From a virus (lineage: Duplodnaviria; Caudoviricetes): 64,000 bases of DNA. Numbering within the stretch: the first letter of the stretch is position 1; the number at the start of each line of letters is the position of its first letter. The stretch covers positions 1-64,000 of IMG/VR virus record IMGVR_UViG_3300017814_000051. One strand, 5' to 3'. The notes under the pieces are model-generated. The model ran no database searches. It was not told the origin of the DNA and saw only the letters and a list, made by a program, of their open reading frames with translations. This document shows positions 18,243 to 28,800 of the stretch, one piece after another. The position numbers and the translations under genes are program-made.

Positions 18243-21065
18243 ATGGTAGATTATGCACCAGGAATGAGAACCATAATTCGTGATGAAGAATGGATGGTTA
18301 AGAAGGTCGAAAAAAATAATATGGGGAATAACGTCCTTTACTGCGTCGGCGTTTCACCACTGGTAAAAGATAAAGATGCTGTATTCTTGACGGACCTTGA
18401 GGATATAGCGGTTGTAGATCCCAAAGACGTAAAGCTGGTGATTGATGGCTCTTCCTATTTTCGCAGGACGCAGCTCTACATGGAAAGCCAATGGAGACAG
18501 CAGATACCTACTGATACAGATTTGCATATAGGAGACAAGGCAGCTATGGATATGATGCCTTTTCAGCTGGTACCTGCTCAGATTTCATTGAGAAGGCCGC
18601 GACAGCGCATCTTGATCGCCGATACAGTTGGACTTGGTAAGACATTAGAAGCAGGCATTCTTATGAGCGAACTGATTGCAAGGGGAAAGGGCAGAAGAAT
18701 CCTTGTTGTTACGGTCAAGAGTATGATGACGCAATTCCAGAAGGAAATGTGGAATAGATTTACAATACCGCTTGTACGATTGGACTCCAAGAAGATCCAT
18801 GACATTCGGGCTAAACTTCCATCAAACTATAACCCCTTTAGCTATTACGAAAAAACAATAGTTTCTATAGATACATTGAAAAGAGATGTGGAATATAGAA
18901 CGCACTTGGAAAAGGCGTACTGGGATATTATTGTAATTGATGAAGCTCAAAATGTAGCTGAGCGCGGAGATCATCAGGCTCAAAGGTCAAGGCTAGCGAA
19001 GCTCCTGGCGGATCGTTCAGATACGATGATCATGCTGTCTGCTACACCACATGATGGCAGGGCAAAGAGCTTTGCATCACTTATGAATATGTTGGATCCA
19101 ACAGCGATTGCCAATCCTGATGACTATACAAAGGACGATATCAAGGGACTCTGTGTCCGCCGCTTCAAAAAGGATGTGAAAGATCAGGTCAGTGGTTCTT
19201 TTCTGGAGAGAAGGATAGAACTAGAACGCTGTAAGGCATCGGCAAAGGAAGAGGCTGCGTTTAACATTTTTTCTGAAATGCAGCTACAGATGGATTTGAG
19301 TAAGACAAAAGCTCAAGGACAGCTATTCAAGACCAGCCTGGAGAAGTCACTCTTTTCAAGTCCGGCAGCTTGCATCAAGAGCATTGATGCGAGACTGAAT
19401 AAACTGAGAAAGAAGTATTTAGATAATGAGATAAAGGATATTCGTGCGTTGGAGGAGTTGAAGACTGCGCTGGAGAATATCACACCGGCTGATTTTTCAA
19501 GATATCAACAGCTGCTCAAACTGCTCAGAGATAAGGAGTATGGCTGGACCGGTGAAACGGATGATCGTGTTGTTATTTTCACTGAGCGTATAGAGACGAT
19601 GAAATATCTGGCTGTAAGACTAAGAGAAGATCTTAGACTTCCGGAAAATGCAATACAGGAGATCTCCGGAGCAATGAGCGATGCTGAACAGCAGACTATC
19701 GTTGAGAACTTCGGACGTGAAGAAGCCCCTATTCGTGTATTGGTGGCTTCTGACGTCGCATCGGAAGGACTGAACCTGCACTATCTAAGCCATAGGATGA
19801 TTCATTTCGATATTCCGTGGTCTCTGATGGTGTTCCAGCAGAGAAATGGGCGTATTGATCGTTACGGGCAGCAGAAGCGTCCAGATATCCGCTATATGAT
19901 GATAGAAAGCAACAATCCGTGCATCAAAGGAGATATGCGGATCATGGAGATACTTATCACAAAGGAGGAACAAGCTCTTAAGAACATTGGAGATCCTGCA
20001 CTACTCCTGGGCAAGTTCTCTATTGAGGATGAAGAATTGGTTGTTTCTAACGCAATCGAGAGCGGATCTGACGCCGATGCCTTCGCTAGTACGCTGGACA
20101 GCGGAGAGACTGAATTTGACCCGTTTGAAGCGCTTATGGCTGCTTCAGCTGACACATCAGAGCCTGCAAAGGTAAAGAATGACGAAACTCTGTTTTCTGA
20201 TTCAGACTATCTGTATCTGGCAATGGCGTATTTGAACCAATCGGAGAGTCATCCAGTCGAGAAGCTGCAGTCTGTTTCAGGAATGGAAGTAACAGTAACA
20301 CCGGATATGAGAAAACGGCTTACAGCGCTCCTACCAGATGAGGCAATGCCGCAGGGCGATTATCTGAGATTATCCGATGATAAGGAATTTTGCATGGACG
20401 AAATGAAGAGAAGCATGCAGAACAATATGGCAGAGACTGCGTGGCCGAAGGTCCAGTATCTCTGGAAACAACATCCACTATTTACTTGGGTGAATGATAA
20501 GGGAGGACTTCTTTACGGGCGTGGAGAAGCTCCGCTGGTAGGTATCCCGGATAACATGGACCCAGAGGAAACAATATTTATCGTAACTGGCAGCATACCA
20601 AACAACAAATCCACACCGCTTGTGGATGAATGGTTTGCGCTTGAATTTGAGAATGGCATGTTTGTGAAAGGCATGTCCATGAACGAGATGCTGAAGCATA
20701 CCGGATTCAGAAGTACGAAGATTCCGAACAGTGCCAGCCTAACAGAGGCAGATATAAAAGCTGCAGAGGATTTGCTTCCAGATGCCGTAAAGCATGCAAA
20801 AGAACATCTTAACGGTTTCTATCATAGCTATCAGGATAAAATCAAGCCGCTACTTGATGAAGAACTGGATAAGTTGGCAGAACTGGAAGACCGTCACAAA
20901 TATTATCAGCTGTCACTGTTTGAAAGTGAGAGAAAGAAGAGCGAGCAGGAACGTATGGTAGATGAGTTATTTGATAAGTTTACGACTTGGGTTACCGATA
21001 CCATGTCGATTCAGAATAATCCTTATATCCGGATTATCGCGGTAATGAAGGGAGTAGCAAGATGA
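18243..21065 (+). CDS. SNF2-family helicase (DrmD-like; ARMADA ArmA-like)
   Basis: ADTVGLGKT, VIDEAQN, SATPHDG, SEGLNL, QRNGRIDRYGQ. Confidence 0.85.
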   Translation: MVDYAPGMRTIIRDEEWMVKKVEKNNMGNNVLYCVGVSPLVKDKDAVFLTDLEDIAVVDPKDVKLVIDGSSYFRRTQLYMESQWRQQIPTDTDLHIGDKAAMDMMPFQLVPAQISLRRPRQRILIADTVGLGKTLEAGILMSELIARGKGRRILVVTVKSMMTQFQKEMWNRFTIPLVRLDSKKIHDIRAKLPSNYNPFSYYEKTIVSIDTLKRDVEYRTHLEKAYWDIIVIDEAQNVAERGDHQAQRSRLAKLLADRSDTMIMLSATPHDGRAKSFASLMNMLDPTAIANPDDYTKDDIKGLCVRRFKKDVKDQVSGSFLERRIELERCKASAKEEAAFNIFSEMQLQMDLSKTKAQGQLFKTSLEKSLFSSPAACIKSIDARLNKLRKKYLDNEIKDIRALEELKTALENITPADFSRYQQLLKLLRDKEYGWTGETDDRVVIFTERIETMKYLAVRLREDLRLPENAIQEISGAMSDAEQQTIVENFGREEAPIRVLVASDVASEGLNLHYLSHRMIHFDIPWSLMVFQQRNGRIDRYGQQKRPDIRYMMIESNNPCIKGDMRIMEILITKEEQALKNIGDPALLLGKFSIEDEELVVSNAIESGSDADAFASTLDSGETEFDPFEALMAASADTSEPAKVKNDETLFSDSDYLYLAMAYLNQSESHPVEKLQSVSGMEVTVTPDMRKRLTALLPDEAMPQGDYLRLSDDKEFCMDEMKRSMQNNMAETAWPKVQYLWKQHPLFTWVNDKGGLLYGRGEAPLVGIPDNMDPEETIFIVTGSIPNNKSTPLVDEWFALEFENGMFVKGMSMNEMLKHTGFRSTKIPNSASLTEADIKAAEDLLPDAVKHAKEHLNGFYHSYQDKIKPLLDEELDKLAELEDRHKYYQLSLFESERKKSEQERMVDELFDKFTTWVTDTMSIQNNPYIRIIAVMKGVAR

Positions 21066-24000
21066 GCATGGATTTAACCGGAATTACCAATCAGAACGAA
21101 TATTACACGAACCATTACTTTTCGTCAATCTTTGAAGAGAATGCAGAAGAAACGATATCCGCATGGAGAGCGGAGGCCAAGGGCAGTGAAGAGATCAGGA
21201 CGCCTTGGGCGCTTCTTAGAGATGTGGCCAGACAATACTATCCTATTCATGATCGTTTTCTGCGATCAAAATTTGATATGCAGACTTTGGTCAACATTCG
21301 CACTTTAGCGGATATGTATCTCAGCGCTCTGGGATATCCGGAAGCGAATCCGGAATGGATTGAGATCGATGACACATTGAATGTGCCGGTATATCTGGAA
21401 ATGACTAAAGCAAACGGTGCTCCCGCATTATGGGTGCTGCTTGCAACATCGGATGATAAAGAGGCTGCCATACTTGATAAGTACTGCTTTGCAGCAGATG
21501 ATATTGAGGAAGGGCTGTACGCTGTTCCTACAGATACACTTACTAATAGCACCAATGAAGATCTGATCACAAAAATCCTGTTTGGTCAGACTGAGCCGCC
21601 GCGTTTTATTCTGCTGATCGGCATGAATCAGATCGCACTAATCGATCGTAATAAGTGGAACGAAAAAAGATTTCTTCAGTTCGAGCTGGAGGATATCTTC
21701 AGCCGCCATGAGGAGTCGACGCTCCAGGCAATGGCAGTTCTGCTGCACAACAACAGCCTCTGCCCGGAAGAAGGACCAGCACTGCTGGATGAGTTGGATG
21801 CCAATTCACAGAAACATGCTGCAGGTGTATCACAGGATCTTAAATATGCGCTTCGAGAGAGCATCGAAATCCTAGGGAATGAAGTGCTTTACGATATGAG
21901 CACACGTCAGGGGCGTGATTTGGAAGAAAATCCAGTGGATGCAGGAGAGCTTACGCTTGAATGTTTGCGATACATGTACCGTATGCTGTTTGTGCTATTT
22001 ATTGAAGCACGTCCGGAGCTGGGATACGCGCCGATCCAGAATCTGACCTATAAGACCGGATATTCTCTGGATAATCTGCGTGATATCGCTGATGACATCC
22101 GTGATGATGTAAAGGAGGTCGGCAGCGGATACTTCCTTCACGAGACACTTTCCAAATTGTATGACCTGATCTACAGCGGCTATCCAGAAACAGAAGAAGA
22201 ACTGCTTAAGTATTCGCAGGAAGACAGCTTGCATGACATGTTTGTTATCGCACCACTTAAAGCACACATCTTTGATCCTGAATATACGAAGATGATCAGC
22301 AGGTCCAAGCTCCGAAATTCCGCCATGCTTCGAATCATAGATCTGATGAGCCTTACCAGGGAGACTGGCAGAAGAAATGACAGGCGCGGGCGTATTTCCT
22401 ATGCAAATCTGGGGATAAACCAGATGGGATCAGTATATGAGGCACTGCTTTCCTACCGTGGATTTATCGCTGAAGATACTCTCTATGAGGTAAAGCGGGC
22501 AGGAGACAGCTTCAATGAGCTGGATGTCGGTTATTTCGTCAAGGAAGAAGAACTGGATCAGTATACAGAAGATGAGCGTGTCCGTTATGAGAAAAATGAT
22601 CCGGACGGAAAATATAAAAAGGGACAGCTCCGCAAATATGAGAAAGGCACTTTTATCTATCGACTGGCCGGGCGCGAAAGAGAGAAGTCAGCTTCTTACT
22701 ATACGCCGGAAGTATTGACGAAGTGCCTGGTCAAGTACGCGCTGAAGGAACTGCTGGAAGGAAAGACAGCCGATGAGATCCTTCATCTGACTGTCTGCGA
22801 GCCTGCCATGGGCTCCGCAGCCTTCCTGAACGAGGCTATTTCGCAGCTTGCAGAAGCATATCTGGACAGGAGACAGAAAGAACGCGGCGAAATGATCCCG
22901 GCCAATGACCGTCTGAAAGAGCTTCAGAAGGTCAAGATGTATATGGCTGACCGTAACGTGTACGGTATCGACCTTAATCCGGTTGCTGTAGAACTGGCGG
23001 AGGTTTCACTGTGGCTGAATACCATCTATGAAGGCGGTTTCGTGCCGTGGTTCGGCACGCAGCTGATCAACGGCAACTCCCTGATCGGTGCCAGAAGACA
23101 GGTCTATCATGAGTCTGCACTTACAACGACATCCAAAGGATTGCACTGGTATGAGAATGCTCCAGAGCGCGTGCCGCTCGGGACAGAACGTAAAAAGAAG
23201 ACCGGGTATGCGCAGATCTATCATTTCCTGCTGGGTGATCCCGGTATGTGCAGCTATTCTGATAAGGTGATCAAGTCTCTTGAGCCCGACAACATCAAGA
23301 AGATGAAGGACTGGAACAAGAAATTCACTGCACCTTATTCCATGAATGATCTTGCAACGCTCAGAAGCTTGAGTGAGGTTATCGATGAACTGTGGGATAA
23401 TCAGATAAAATTACGTCAGGCGGTAGAACATGAAACTCAGGATAAATTGTCTGTCTACGGCTGGGAAGATGATGTAGCAGATTCCCATACTACCATACGC
23501 CAAAAAGACCAGATCTATTCAAAAATATATAAATCTGAACATATGAAGAACGCCGGTCCGTACGCAAGACTTAAGTTTGCTATGGATTACTGGTGCGCGC
23601 TCTGGTTCTGGCCGATCGACAAAGCAGATATGCTTCCGAGCCGCAGCGAGTTTCTCAACGACATGAACCTTATCCTGGTCGGAACTCTCTCCACCAAAGG
23701 GAACAGCAACATGCTGGAGTATCAGCAGCTAAGTCTGTTCCCGACAGAACAGGAGGAGATTGCAATAAAGATCAAGGATCTTTTCCCAGAACAGAACGTT
23801 GTTGATATCGATAATCTTTGCACTCTTTTTCCGAGGCTTGCGTTGGTGAGAGAAATCGCTGAACAGAATCACTTCATGCATTGGGAACTGGAGTTCGCAG
23901 ATCTTTTTAAGGAGAGAGGGGGATTTGATCTTGTAATTGGAAATCCGCCATGGATAAAAATTGAATGGAATGAACAGGGAGTTCTTTCAGATAGTCATCC

Positions 24001-25837
24001 AATGTTTGCAGTGAAAGAGCTTTCTGCTGCACAAACCACTAAACATAGAGAAAATGTTTTGCGAAATCCATATACCAAAGCACAATATTTTTCAGAATAT
24101 GAATCTATTTCAGGTGAGCAGGCTTTCTTAAATGCACTGGAAAACTATTCATTGCTAAAAGGGCAACAGGCGAACCTCTTTAAGTGTTTTCTTCCGCAGT
24201 CATGGACTTTTGGAAGCTCGGTGGGAGTCAGTGCATTTGTTCACCCTGATGGTGTTTATGATGATCCTAAAGGCGGATCACTTAGGAGGCAGTTATACCC
24301 AAAATTAAGAAAGCACTTTCAATTTACAAACGAACTAAAATTATTTGCAGAAGTAGATCATCATATGGGGTTCGGATTGAATATTTATTGTAATAAGCCC
24401 ACGGATACTTTTGACACAATTAATAATTTATTTGCGGCTTCTACTATTGAACAGTGCTATGACAATTCGATTCATGGGGATATACCTGGAATTAAGGACG
24501 AAAAGGGGAACTGGTGCGTTAATGGCCATCCGAATAGAGTTATCAGTGTTGGGAAGAGAGAACTTGAGCTCTTCGCTAAGCTCTTTGATAATGATGAAAA
24601 TTGGAGGCAGGCAAAATTACCTATAATACACGCAAAAAAGATTTTACAGACACTTGAGTGTTTTTCAAAGCAAGAACGCACGTTGGCAAAAGAAAGCCAA
24701 AATATCTATACAACTGAAATGTGGCATGAAGTTAATATGCAGAAAAGTGGGATTATCAAACGGGATATTCATTTTCCAAGTACTGAAATCGAAATGATAT
24801 ATTCTGGCCCTCATATCAGCGTAGCAAATCCATTGTTTAAAGCATCAAGAGCCATATGTAAAAATAATAGTGATTATGACAATATAGATATCTCTCTTAT
24901 AAAAAAACATTATATGCAACGATGCAATTATATACCAGCATGTGATATTAGCAACTATTGTAATGCTATTCCGGTAACTCCTTGGGGAGAGCGTGTGGAT
25001 AGAACATATCGATTGTTTGCAAGAAAAATGCTAAATCAAAGCGGTGAACGTACTTTGATATGTTCAATTGCGCCGGCTGGTACAACGCATATTAATGGCA
25101 TTATTGGGTTTGTCTTTAAAAATGACGGAGACATGCTTTTGTCTAGTGGATTATGGGCATCACTTCCTTATGACTTTTTGATAAAGACGTTAGGAAAGGC
25201 AAATTTGAATTTTGATAGCGCTGCCTCATTTCCAGTGACAACTGGATTGTACAACTCTGAAATTAAAGTTCGGTCTCTACTATTAAATTGTTTAACAGAT
25301 CTTTATGCAAAATTGTATAATCGAAGTTTTATCCAAGAATTTAGAACTATGTCATGGACAAATAAAGATGCAAGACTTGGAAGTAAAGTCTTTACGGATT
25401 TGCCTTCTTCATGGAATATGGACGCACCATTAAGGACAGATTATAGGAGACATCAGGCTTTGGTTGAACTTGATGTATTGACATCTATGGCATTAGGAAT
25501 GACTTTGGACGAATTAATTTCAATATATCAGATTCAATTTCCTGTTCTTCAGCAACATGAAGCTGATACCTGGTACGATACTAATGGAAGAATCGTATTT
25601 ACAAACAATCGTAGTTTAGTGGGAGTAGGTTATTCGCGTTCTGAGTGGGAAAATGGAATCAAAGGTGCTCCTGCTGGGCAGAAGTTTTATCGCACCGTTA
25701 CCGATGATACCATACCTAGCGGCCCAATAGAGCGCACAATCGAATATGTCGCACCTTTTGATTGCTGCGACCGTGTAAAAAATTATGAGACGGCATGGAA
25801 ATTCTTTGAAGAAAAATATAAGGATGCCAATAAGTAA
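21062..25837 (+). CDS. Large amino (probably N6-adenine) DNA methyltransferase (DrmMI/type IIG-like; ArmB-like)
   Basis: SYYTP, EPAMGSAAFL, YGIDLNP, FDLVIGNPPW; C-terminal target-recognition region. Confidence 0.88.
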   Translation: MSMDLTGITNQNEYYTNHYFSSIFEENAEETISAWRAEAKGSEEIRTPWALLRDVARQYYPIHDRFLRSKFDMQTLVNIRTLADMYLSALGYPEANPEWIEIDDTLNVPVYLEMTKANGAPALWVLLATSDDKEAAILDKYCFAADDIEEGLYAVPTDTLTNSTNEDLITKILFGQTEPPRFILLIGMNQIALIDRNKWNEKRFLQFELEDIFSRHEESTLQAMAVLLHNNSLCPEEGPALLDELDANSQKHAAGVSQDLKYALRESIEILGNEVLYDMSTRQGRDLEENPVDAGELTLECLRYMYRMLFVLFIEARPELGYAPIQNLTYKTGYSLDNLRDIADDIRDDVKEVGSGYFLHETLSKLYDLIYSGYPETEEELLKYSQEDSLHDMFVIAPLKAHIFDPEYTKMISRSKLRNSAMLRIIDLMSLTRETGRRNDRRGRISYANLGINQMGSVYEALLSYRGFIAEDTLYEVKRAGDSFNELDVGYFVKEEELDQYTEDERVRYEKNDPDGKYKKGQLRKYEKGTFIYRLAGREREKSASYYTPEVLTKCLVKYALKELLEGKTADEILHLTVCEPAMGSAAFLNEAISQLAEAYLDRRQKERGEMIPANDRLKELQKVKMYMADRNVYGIDLNPVAVELAEVSLWLNTIYEGGFVPWFGTQLINGNSLIGARRQVYHESALTTTSKGLHWYENAPERVPLGTERKKKTGYAQIYHFLLGDPGMCSYSDKVIKSLEPDNIKKMKDWNKKFTAPYSMNDLATLRSLSEVIDELWDNQIKLRQAVEHETQDKLSVYGWEDDVADSHTTIRQKDQIYSKIYKSEHMKNAGPYARLKFAMDYWCALWFWPIDKADMLPSRSEFLNDMNLILVGTLSTKGNSNMLEYQQLSLFPTEQEEIAIKIKDLFPEQNVVDIDNLCTLFPRLALVREIAEQNHFMHWELEFADLFKERGGFDLVIGNPPWIKIEWNEQGVLSDSHPMFAVKELSAAQTTKHRENVLRNPYTKAQYFSEYESISGEQAFLNALENYSLLKGQQANLFKCFLPQSWTFGSSVGVSAFVHPDGVYDDPKGGSLRRQLYPKLRKHFQFTNELKLFAEVDHHMGFGLNIYCNKPTDTFDTINNLFAASTIEQCYDNSIHGDIPGIKDEKGNWCVNGHPNRVISVGKRELELFAKLFDNDENWRQAKLPIIHAKKILQTLECFSKQERTLAKESQNIYTTEMWHEVNMQKSGIIKRDIHFPSTEIEMIYSGPHISVANPLFKASRAICKNNSDYDNIDISLIKKHYMQRCNYIPACDISNYCNAIPVTPWGERVDRTYRLFARKMLNQSGERTLICSIAPAGTTHINGIIGFVFKNDGDMLLSSGLWASLPYDFLIKTLGKANLNFDSAASFPVTTGLYNSEIKVRSLLLNCLTDLYAKLYNRSFIQEFRTMSWTNKDARLGSKVFTDLPSSWNMDAPLRTDYRRHQALVELDVLTSMALGMTLDELISIYQIQFPVLQQHEADTWYDTNGRIVFTNNRSLVGVGYSRSEWENGIKGAPAGQKFYRTVTDDTIPSGPIERTIEYVAPFDCCDRVKNYETAWKFFEEKYKDANK

Positions 25838-25861
25838 ACAAGATAAAGGAGGCTGTGCAGT

Positions 25862-28800
25862 ATGTTACCTTCCATACTTGCCAAGCAATTGGAAAAGGGA
25901 ATCGGGGATTATATTGAGACCACGTTCCCGATGACAAATGAACCTTTCATGGGTTCCATCAGAAAAATGTTAGATACACAGGACTCAGTCTATCATGAGC
26001 CCTATGTATCCGTGCGTCTTCCTTTCCGGGTGGCAGAGAATATGCCGGATTGCTTTAAGGCTATACATCCTGCATACCTTCCATATGTTCATCAGGATAT
26101 GGCTTTTCACAGACTGACGGGAGACGATGGAAGATCTACACTGATCGCTACCGGAACAGGTTCCGGTAAGACCGAGTGTTTCCTGTATCCGATCCTGGAG
26201 TACTGCTATAAGCATCGAGGAGAGAAGGGTATAAAGGCGCTGATCATCTACCCAATGAACGCGCTTGCTACTGATCAGGCAAGGCGTATTGCGGATCTTA
26301 TCTATAAGAGTCCGGAACTTAAGGGAAATGTCACTGCCGGTATGTATGTGGGCGGACATGAACATACTCCTAGCCGTATGATGTCGGAAGATAATGTCAT
26401 TACGGATCACGATACACTTCTGAATGCACCCCCGGATATCCTGATGACGAACTATAAGATGCTGGATTACCTGCTGGTTCGTCCTAAGGATGCCGGTCTG
26501 TGGAAGGACAATGCTCCGGACACACTGAAATATATAGCTGTCGACGAACTGCATACTTTTGACGGAGCTCAGGGAACTGATCTTGCTTGTCTGTTAAGGC
26601 GTCTTAAATTGCGACTTTGGACACCTGCAGGTTATCTTTGCTGTATTGGAACGTCTGCTACGATGGGCTCCAAGGACAATGGAAAGGGCATTATTGAATA
26701 TGCCTCTGAGATATTTGGAGAGCCTTTTGAAGAGAACGCTGTGATCATGGAAGACAGGCTTTCTCCTGCAGAGTTCTTTGCTGGCAGCGGCGTGACTGAT
26801 TTTACGGTTCCGTCAAATGAACAGATAAAGAAGCTTATCGAGCTGGAAAAGCAAGATGATGAGGAAGCCTATATTGCCGAAGCTGCAAAGGCATGGGTGG
26901 AAACCGGAGATATGGATATCACGACTGATGAAGGGAAAATAGGCCTTGTCGAGGATCTGATGCATCACAGCTTTATGCAGGCGATGATCTCCTTCATGAA
27001 GGGAAACTACTATCAGGTTTCCTCTATTATAGAAGAACTGAGTGTGAACTATCCGGTACTGAAAGAAATGGAATATCCGACGGATGCTGTCAATGCGTTG
27101 CTTGCCCTCATATCTTATGCCAGAACTGGATCAGCAGGACACCTGCGTCCTTTCTTGAATGTTCAGGTACAGCTCTGGATGAGAGAACTTCGACGTCTCT
27201 TGGCTAAGGTTTCTCCCAACATGGTCACTTATTCCATCGCGCATGATCTTAACACCCAGCAGGCGAAGCAGTATCTGCCGGTCGTCAACTGCCGTGACTG
27301 CGGTGCTACCGGTTGGACCTCTATATTAAGTGAGCGAGGCAATGCTACGATCACTAGCCTGGAGGCATTCTACAATCTGTACTTCAAGGCGGATGACAAG
27401 ATCGTCATGATGTTCCCGCACAAGGAGAATGACCAACCTTGGGGGTTTATAGAAGCCGGACTGTGCCCAGACTGTCTGCAGGTGAAAATAGGCGAAGATG
27501 CTTCCGGTTCCTGTGATAACTGCGGCGCTGACTTGGTGAGGGTTTTGATCCCGAATCCTATCAAAACAACAGGTTCAAAGAGCCATAAACAGTTCGTGTG
27601 TCCATTCTGCGGATCAAAGCGTGGGATCTCCCTTATGGGTCTGCGGAGTGCTACGGAGATCAGCACCAGCATTTCCCAACTGTTTGCTTCAAAATTCAAT
27701 GATGATAAGAAGACGCTGGCCTTCTCTGATAACGTCCAGGATGCTGCTCATAAGGCAGGATTCTTTAACGCCAGGACCTGGAGGTTTGGATTCCGCAGTG
27801 CGCTGCAGCGTTATGTGGAAGATGGCGGCGCAGGGCAATCGCTGGCGGATTTTACAAAGGGATTTATTGATTACTGGCATGGAAAATTGGATATCGAGAG
27901 TTTTGTCAGTTTTTTCATAGCACCGAACATGACATGGATGCATGCTTACGAGGATATGATCCAGAACCGGAGGCTTGGAAAGGATTCTTTCGCAAAGAAG
28001 CTTGTGTCTGATATAGAGAAGCGTATCTCCTATGAGATCATGCTTGAATACGGTCTTACCAGCCGAATAGGGCGGACACTTGAAAAGTCCGGATGTTCCT
28101 GCCTGGAGTTCCTTACGGAAGAATTACTGGAAATCGCAGGGAACGTCCTAGAGCGTGTGGATAATGAGATCGGTACACTTACCAATACACCGCTTAAGAG
28201 ATATGAACAAATGGTGGCGGGCTACATCAATATCATGCGGCAGAACGGAGCGTTTGACGATGATGCCTTCAGCTTGTATCTGAAGGGAAACGGAAACACC
28301 TATCTACTTTCCAAAGACCGTGTCAGCTGGATGCCTGGAAGGCAGTCAGGACGAAATACGCCGCGATTTATCTTCAAGCAGAACAGTCCTGCAGGAAAAA
28401 AGAACTTCAATTTCGATACTGTAGCTGAGAAAAAGTATACAGACTGGATCTCATCGTGCTGTGATGAGTTCATTATCGAGCCATCTACATTCGTGCAGAT
28501 CAGTCAGATCATCCTGGAAGAGTTTGTGAAGTCGGGGCTTGTGGTGACGATTCCCGCTGCAGCGGATTACGTGGTCTACGGAATTGACAAAAATAAAGTA
28601 TACATAACAGATAAAGTCCTGCAGATGAAGTGTGATACCTGCGGCATCGGCTATTCTGTAGCGGAAGACAACAGAGAATTCTGGGAAGGCGCCCACTGTA
28701 TGAGAAGTGTGTGCGGCGGCTCCTTCGAGGCAGAAGAGAGCGATGAACTGGATTATTACGGCAAGCTTTTTACTTCCGGTGATATCGCAAGAATAAATGC

